This document shows positions 5,935-10,488 of a stretch of 10,488 nt of DNA, piece after piece. The stretch is taken from assembly GCA_050178385.1 (NCBI GenBank), contig JBFXGD010000123.1:1-10488 (forward strand), in the 5' to 3' direction. Origin of the DNA: Calditrichaceae bacterium. GTDB taxonomy: Bacteria > Calditrichota > Calditrichia > Calditrichales > JBFXGD01. Within the stretch, counting starts at the first letter, position 1. Each line of letters opens with the position of its first letter. Position numbers and translations under genes: made by a program. The notes beneath the pieces were generated by a model. That model saw only the letters and a list, made by a program, of their open reading frames with translations, searched no databases and had not been told where the DNA came from.

Positions 5935-7947
5935 TTATTTTAAAAACTCCGCAAACCATTCATGGACTGTTTTCCACCAGAGACGGGCATTCTGCGGTTT
6001 CTGCACAAAATGATCTTCATCGGGGAAGAAAAGCAGCTTCGATTTTACCCCCTGCCTCTGCAAAGCGGTAAACATCTGCAATCCTTGTGTGTACGGAACC
6101 CGGTAATCATGCTCACCGTGAATGACAAGAACGGGAGTCTTAAAATTCTGCGCGTGTGATGCGGGTGACCATTGGCGATACATGGATCCTTCATCCCAGG
6201 GTGTTCCGTTAAATTCCCATTCTGGAAACCACAGTTCCTCCGTCGCGCCGTACATACTCACCTGTTCATATACGCCGTCATGCGATACGAGGCATTTGAA
6301 AGGATTGTCATGACCTGCAATCCAGTTGATCATAAATCCGCCGTAGGACGCGCCCGCGGCGCCAAGACGATCCTTATCAATAAAGGAATAATTGGCGAGT
6401 ACAAATTCTGTGCCTTTTACAAGATCTTCATACGGCGCGCCTCCCCAGTCTTTGGATACGGCATCGGTAAAATCCTGTCCATAGCCGTGGCTGCCGTGGA
6501 AATTGATCATGTACACCACATACCCCGGCGCCGCGAACATCTGATAATTCCAGCGGAAATGAAAATCATCGGTCCACGCGCCCTGCGGCCCGCCGTGAAT
6601 CAATTGTATGGCAGGATATTTTTTTGCCGGATCAAAAAACGGCGGTTTCAGGATAAAACCCTGTACTTTATCGCCTTTGGCGCCTTCAAACCAAAACGAT
6701 TCATATTCCGGCAGTTCCAGTCCCGCCAGCCGTTCCGTGTTAACTTGACTGATCTGAACCGGTTTTTTATCCTTCAGATTCATTTTAAACAGCTCATACG
6801 GCATATTGGCCGCTTGTTTTTTAAAAAGGATTTCATCATTCGAAACAAACTGAACCGAAGTAATAAAATGCCCTTTCAGAACGGCTTCCGCCTTGCCGCT
6901 TTTCAGATCTGTTTTGTACAAACTTATCGCGTCCTGTTCGTCGGCCGTAAAATAAATTTTATCACCTTTCGGATGCCATACGATTGCCCCGACCGAGAGA
7001 TCAAAATCTTTTAACAGCTCGCGTGTTGTTTTGTTTTTTCTGTCATAAAGCATCAACCGGTATTTGTCGGCTTCAAATCCGGGCCTGCTCATGGCTCTGT
7101 AGGCCAGGTAACGCCCGTCCGGGGAATACTGCGGATTATTATCATTGGCCGGATTATCCGTCAATTTGACAATCCCGCCTCCGGTGGAAGGGACGAGAAA
7201 CAAATCATTGTTTGTACTGGCGGCGACTATTTTATCCATGTTCCGGACAAAACAGATTTCTTTTCCATCCGGCGAGAAGACATAATCCTGATATCCGCCA
7301 AGATCCAGCGGCGGCGTATCATAATCACCGGGTGTCATATCCCTGATATTTTTACCGTCCGATCCCGCAAGGAATACATGGCTGCGTTTGCCCTCGAGCC
7401 AGCGGTTCCAGTGACGGTACATCAAATGGTCAATAACCCGCGCTTTTACTTTACTGTTTTCCGCTGCTTCCATTTTTTGCTTATTACAGTCTATGGTCTC
7501 ACATTCCGGATAGACATCGGAGACAAAGAGCATCTGATTTCCATCGTTGCTGAGAATCATTCCGCCGGCGCCCATGGGAAAATCGGTGATCTGAACTTCC
7601 TCACTGCCGCTAACCGATTTCTTCCAGATCTGACCCGCTCTGCTGAAATAAAGCGCCTTGCCGTCAGGTGACCAGACGGGAGCCGAGCTGGACTTCTCCT
7701 CACTGGTAAATTGACTGCTTTTATTTGATTTTAAATCAATAAGCCAAATATCTGTCTTAGAATTGTTATTTTCTATATCCGGCGTTGTCAAAGTATAAGC
7801 CGCCATTTTCCCGTCCGGACTGACAGCAACCGTCCCGAGTCGCTGCATTCCAAAAAAATCTTCAAAAGTGATCGGTTTTTTTTCCGACGCCATCAGGCCG
7901 CTGGCTAACATCAGCATTAAACCGGCTGTTACAAAAATATTGCGCAT
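5935..7947 (-). CDS. exported S9-family (prolyl oligopeptidase clan, DPP5/acylaminoacyl peptidase-like) serine peptidase, 670 aa
   Basis: Beta-propeller PD40-like repeats (VSPDGK, WSPDGK, FSPDGK, YSPDGR), IHGGPQ, nucleophile GASYGG (6354-6337), Asp in HGEHDYRV and His in PDEDHF. Start moved from 8067 to the ATG at 7947, which has GGAGGA (7956-7951) upstream and begins a signal peptide (MRNIFVTAGLMLMLASGLMA). Confidence 0.93.
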   Translation of the reverse strand: MRNIFVTAGLMLMLASGLMASEKKPITFEDFFGMQRLGTVAVSPDGKMAAYTLTTPDIENNNSKTDIWLIDLKSNKSSQFTSEEKSSSAPVWSPDGKALYFSRAGQIWKKSVSGSEEVQITDFPMGAGGMILSNDGNQMLFVSDVYPECETIDCNKQKMEAAENSKVKARVIDHLMYRHWNRWLEGKRSHVFLAGSDGKNIRDMTPGDYDTPPLDLGGYQDYVFSPDGKEICFVRNMDKIVAASTNNDLFLVPSTGGGIVKLTDNPANDNNPQYSPDGRYLAYRAMSRPGFEADKYRLMLYDRKNKTTRELLKDFDLSVGAIVWHPKGDKIYFTADEQDAISLYKTDLKSGKAEAVLKGHFITSVQFVSNDEILFKKQAANMPYELFKMNLKDKKPVQISQVNTERLAGLELPEYESFWFEGAKGDKVQGFILKPPFFDPAKKYPAIQLIHGGPQGAWTDDFHFRWNYQMFAAPGYVVYMINFHGSHGYGQDFTDAVSKDWGGAPYEDLVKGTEFVLANYSFIDKDRLGAAGASYGGFMINWIAGHDNPFKCLVSHDGVYEQVSMYGATEELWFPEWEFNGTPWDEGSMYRQWSPASHAQNFKTPVLVIHGEHDYRVPYTQGLQMFTALQRQGVKSKLLFFPDEDHFVQKPQNARLWWKTVHEWFAEFLK

Positions 7948-8070
7948 GAGTCCTCCATATCTATAAAACGATTTGTATTTACGGGTCATAATCAGAAAAT
8001 CAATATAATCCCTAAAATCATACTGATGCCACCATAAAGCAAAAAAAGTACAATTAAAAACATTCAATTA

Positions 8071-8101
8071 TCTGGAAAATTGTATTCCGGAATTTTTCAG
8101 A
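8071..8101. promoter_or_regulatory. inverted repeat in the divergent promoter region, possible operator
   Basis: TCTGGAAAATT-N9-AATTTTTCAGA (11-bp arms, 1 mismatch), overlapping the perfect palindrome ATTCCGGAAT (8084-8093). Confidence 0.4.
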
Positions 8102-8141
8102 ATGAACAAAAAAATTTGAGCGAAAGAAATTAAAAGGGTGT

Positions 8142-8170
8142 TTGATTTTGGAGTGTTGGTTGATTAAACT
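8142..8170 (+). promoter_or_regulatory. sigma70-type promoter for iorAB
   Basis: TTGATT (8142-8147), 17-nt spacer, TAAACT (8165-8170). Predicted TSS ~8177, just upstream of SD TAAGGAG (8188-8194) and ATG 8201. Confidence 0.55.
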
Positions 8171-8200
8171 TCTGTCTTGCAATTAAATAAGGAGATTGCC

Positions 8201-9808
8201 ATGTCAGAAATGGTTTTACTCGGAGATGAAGCTGTTGCCATGGGCGCGATCCATGCCGGAATGACCGCCGGTTACGCCTATCCGGGCACGCCCTCCACAG
8301 AAATTATGGAATTTTTAAGACAATATTCCAAAAAGCATACAAAACTGATCGCCGACTGGTGTACCAATGAGAAAACCGCTTATGAAGCCGCGCTTGGTGT
8401 ATCTTTCGCGGGAAAAAGAAGTCTGGTTGCCATGAAGCACGTGGGCCTGAATGTCGCGGCCGATCCGTTTATGAACTCGGCTATCGTATCCATCCATGGC
8501 GGGCTGGTACTGATTGTCGCGGATGACCCGGGCATGCACAGCTCTCAGAACGAACAGGACAGCCGCTATTTCGCGGATTTCGCCCGTATCATTTGTCTCG
8601 AACCCGCCAATCAGCAAGAAGCCTATGACATGACCCGCGAAGCGTTCGATCTTTCAGAAAAATTTCAGATTCCCGTAATGATTCGTCTGGTCACACGCCT
8701 TGCCCACAGCCGGGCCGTGGTAAAGTTATCCGATCCCCGGGATGAAAACAAACTTGATAAAGCGCCAAAGCCTTCTTCCTGGATTCTTCTGCCGTCAAAT
8801 GCCCGCAATCAGTGGCATGATCTTTTGAACAAACAAAATGATATGCGGGAATACACTGAAAAATCGGATCACAATCCCTTGTCTCTTAATGAGAATTATA
8901 GGGAAACCGGGATCATTACCACCGGTCTCGCAAAAAATTATTATCTGGAGAACGCCGGTGAACTGGCCGAAAAACCTTCACATCTGCATGTCAGCGCCTA
9001 TCCCATGCCATACGAAAAAATCCGTACCCTTGCCGGTCATGTAAAAAAAGTCATTGTGCTTGAAGAGGGTTATCCGTTTCTGGAACGGTTCCTCCGTGGT
9101 ATTCTGCCCACCGCTGTTGAAATTATAGGGAAAGAAAGCGGTGACGTCCCTGCAGAGGGGGAACTGACGCCTGATAATATCCGGCCTGTGCTTGGTTTAA
9201 GTGTCAGAAAAGGGCTTTCCGTATCGGGAAACAAACCGGCCAACCGGCCACCGCAATTGTGCGCCGGATGCCCTCATGCAGACAGCTTCGATGCCATAAA
9301 GGCCGCGATTAAAGATTTCCCGAATTCAATGGTCACATCCGATATCGGCTGCTATACTCTAGGAGCGCTGCCTCCCTACTCCGCGATTGAATCCACCGTA
9401 AACATGGGCGCCTCCATCGGCATGGCGAAAGGAGCCTCCGACGCCGGCTTTCATCCTGTAGTGGCGGTTATCGGTGACAGCACTTTTCTGCACTCCGGTG
9501 TTACTCCGCTTATTGACGCCATCGCCACAAGGGCCAATATGACGCTAATCATTCTTGACAATGAAACCACCGGTATGACCGGAGGACAGCCGACCATTCT
9601 TCCTTCTACACGCCTGAAGGATGTGGTCCTTGGTCTTGGACTGGATGAATCTCATCTGCATGTCGTCAATGCTCACCGCCGGTTTACCGAAGAGAACGCC
9701 GTGTTAATCAGGAAAGAGGTTGAACACCGGGGCGTATCCGTCATTATCGCGGTCAGAGAATGTATTGAAACAGCAAAGAAAAAAAGGAAAACGGAGGTAT
9801 CCGCATGA
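8201..9808 (+). CDS. iorA: indolepyruvate:ferredoxin oxidoreductase alpha subunit (short form lacking the C-terminal ferredoxin domain), 535 aa
   Basis: LLGDEAVA, YPGTPSTEI, NEKTAYE, MKHVGLNVAAD, DDPGMHSSQNEQDSR, RPPQLCAGCPH, DIGCY and the TPP-binding GDSTF...DNETTGMTGGQ. Start moved from TTG 8177 to ATG 8201 because of the TAAGGAG SD. Confidence 0.95.
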   Translation: MSEMVLLGDEAVAMGAIHAGMTAGYAYPGTPSTEIMEFLRQYSKKHTKLIADWCTNEKTAYEAALGVSFAGKRSLVAMKHVGLNVAADPFMNSAIVSIHGGLVLIVADDPGMHSSQNEQDSRYFADFARIICLEPANQQEAYDMTREAFDLSEKFQIPVMIRLVTRLAHSRAVVKLSDPRDENKLDKAPKPSSWILLPSNARNQWHDLLNKQNDMREYTEKSDHNPLSLNENYRETGIITTGLAKNYYLENAGELAEKPSHLHVSAYPMPYEKIRTLAGHVKKVIVLEEGYPFLERFLRGILPTAVEIIGKESGDVPAEGELTPDNIRPVLGLSVRKGLSVSGNKPANRPPQLCAGCPHADSFDAIKAAIKDFPNSMVTSDIGCYTLGALPPYSAIESTVNMGASIGMAKGASDAGFHPVVAVIGDSTFLHSGVTPLIDAIATRANMTLIILDNETTGMTGGQPTILPSTRLKDVVLGLGLDESHLHVVNAHRRFTEENAVLIRKEVEHRGVSVIIAVRECIETAKKKRKTEVSA

Positions 9809-10371
9809 AATATGACGTCATTCTGGCAGGTGTGGGCGGACAGGGAGTATTATCCATATCCGCTATTATCGCCTCAAGCGCCATGAAGGAGGGACTCTTC
9901 GTTAAGCAATCCGAAGTGCATGGAATGTCTCAGCGCGGCGGGGCGGTATATACAAACCTGAGAATATCCGACGAACCCATCCATAGTGATCTGATTCCCG
10001 CGGGAACGGCTTCCCTTTTACTGAGCATGGAACCGCTTGAAAGTCTCCGGTATGTGCATTATCTGGCTGAGGGAGCGCATCTTATTACCTCATCCAATCC
10101 CGAACTTAATATTTCGGATTATCCGGACCTGAAAGAACTTCTCGAGCAAATCCGTCTCATCCCGAACGCTAAAATTATAGATACCCAGGAACTCGCGCGT
10201 TCGGCAGGCTCAACCCGGGCCACAAATATGGTGATCGCCGGGGCGGCTTCACATTATCTTCCTATAAAAACCGAAACTATGGAAGAACAGATTAGAGATT
10301 TGTTTGGAAGAAAAGGCGAAAAAGTGGTTGAAACCAATCTGAAAGCTTTTCGGACAGGAAGAGAGTCGTAA
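9805..10371 (+). CDS. iorB: indolepyruvate:ferredoxin oxidoreductase beta subunit, 188 aa
   Basis: LAGVGGQG, SEVHGMSQRGGAV, MEPLESLR and TNLKAF motifs. ATGA overlap with the iorA stop and GGAGGT SD upstream. Confidence 0.95.
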   Translation: MKYDVILAGVGGQGVLSISAIIASSAMKEGLFVKQSEVHGMSQRGGAVYTNLRISDEPIHSDLIPAGTASLLLSMEPLESLRYVHYLAEGAHLITSSNPELNISDYPDLKELLEQIRLIPNAKIIDTQELARSAGSTRATNMVIAGAASHYLPIKTETMEEQIRDLFGRKGEKVVETNLKAFRTGRES

Positions 10372-10384
10372 TCTTAATCTTTTG

Positions 10385-10424
10385 ATTCATCCGGTGACCG
10401 CATGATTTCACCGGATGAATTTTT
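10385..10424 (+). terminator. intrinsic terminator of iorAB
   Basis: Perfect 13-bp stem ATTCATCCGGTGA / TCACCGGATGAAT with a 10-nt loop, followed by TTTT; begins 13 nt after the iorB stop. Confidence 0.8.
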
Positions 10425-10488
10425 CATTATTGTACGCACATTTCTTAAAAAATTATTGTGTTTTGCCCTGCTGACGGGTGATTTTTTA

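Noticed and set aside
6172..7014. 280-aa + strand ORF
   Set aside because: Lies wholly antisense to the conserved S9 peptidase gene and has no recognisable motifs; a typical shadow ORF.
7948..8067. 40-aa N-terminal extension of the S9 peptidase in the ORF track
   Set aside because: The SD and signal peptide point to ATG 7947; the extension is AT-rich promoter-region DNA.
8177..8200. TTG start of iorA in the ORF track
   Set aside because: It coincides with the predicted TSS and has no SD, whereas ATG 8201 has TAAGGAG at suitable spacing.
1325..9044. Remaining short ORFs (61-100 aa) nested in, antisense to or straddling the large genes
   Set aside because: All overlap well-supported CDSs, start mostly at alternative codons without SD, and show no protein-family features.

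Overview
Bacterial chromosomal window. The 'NYPNPFNP' C-terminal sorting domains combined with strong Shine-Dalgarno sites suggest a non-Bacteroidota FCB-group organism such as Calditrichota, KSB1 or an Ignavibacteria-like lineage (inference). From right to left it carries: an iorAB operon (indolepyruvate:ferredoxin oxidoreductase, + strand) with its own sigma70-like promoter and terminator; a divergent exported S9 (DPP5-like) peptidase with a terminator; a 1108-aa secreted M36/M4-type zinc metalloprotease (FTP-PepSY-HEXXH-2x Ig-like-GATase-like-CTD); a ~680-bp AT-rich spacer; a low-GC exported DUF3108-like gene; and a stand-alone, signal-peptide-less T9SS/FlgD-Ig C-terminal domain ORF whose start overlaps that gene's stop. 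The most striking unannotated structure is at 290-456: an apparently complete leftward sigma54 promoter unit. It comprises a -24/-12 element (TTGGCACG-N4-ATGCA), an IHF-like site, and three palindromic TGTGA-N8-TC(A/T)CA boxes at an exact 21-bp period in the usual enhancer position. It would drive a long AT-rich leader towards a target off the left edge. No CRISPR array, rRNA, tRNA or transposase was seen.
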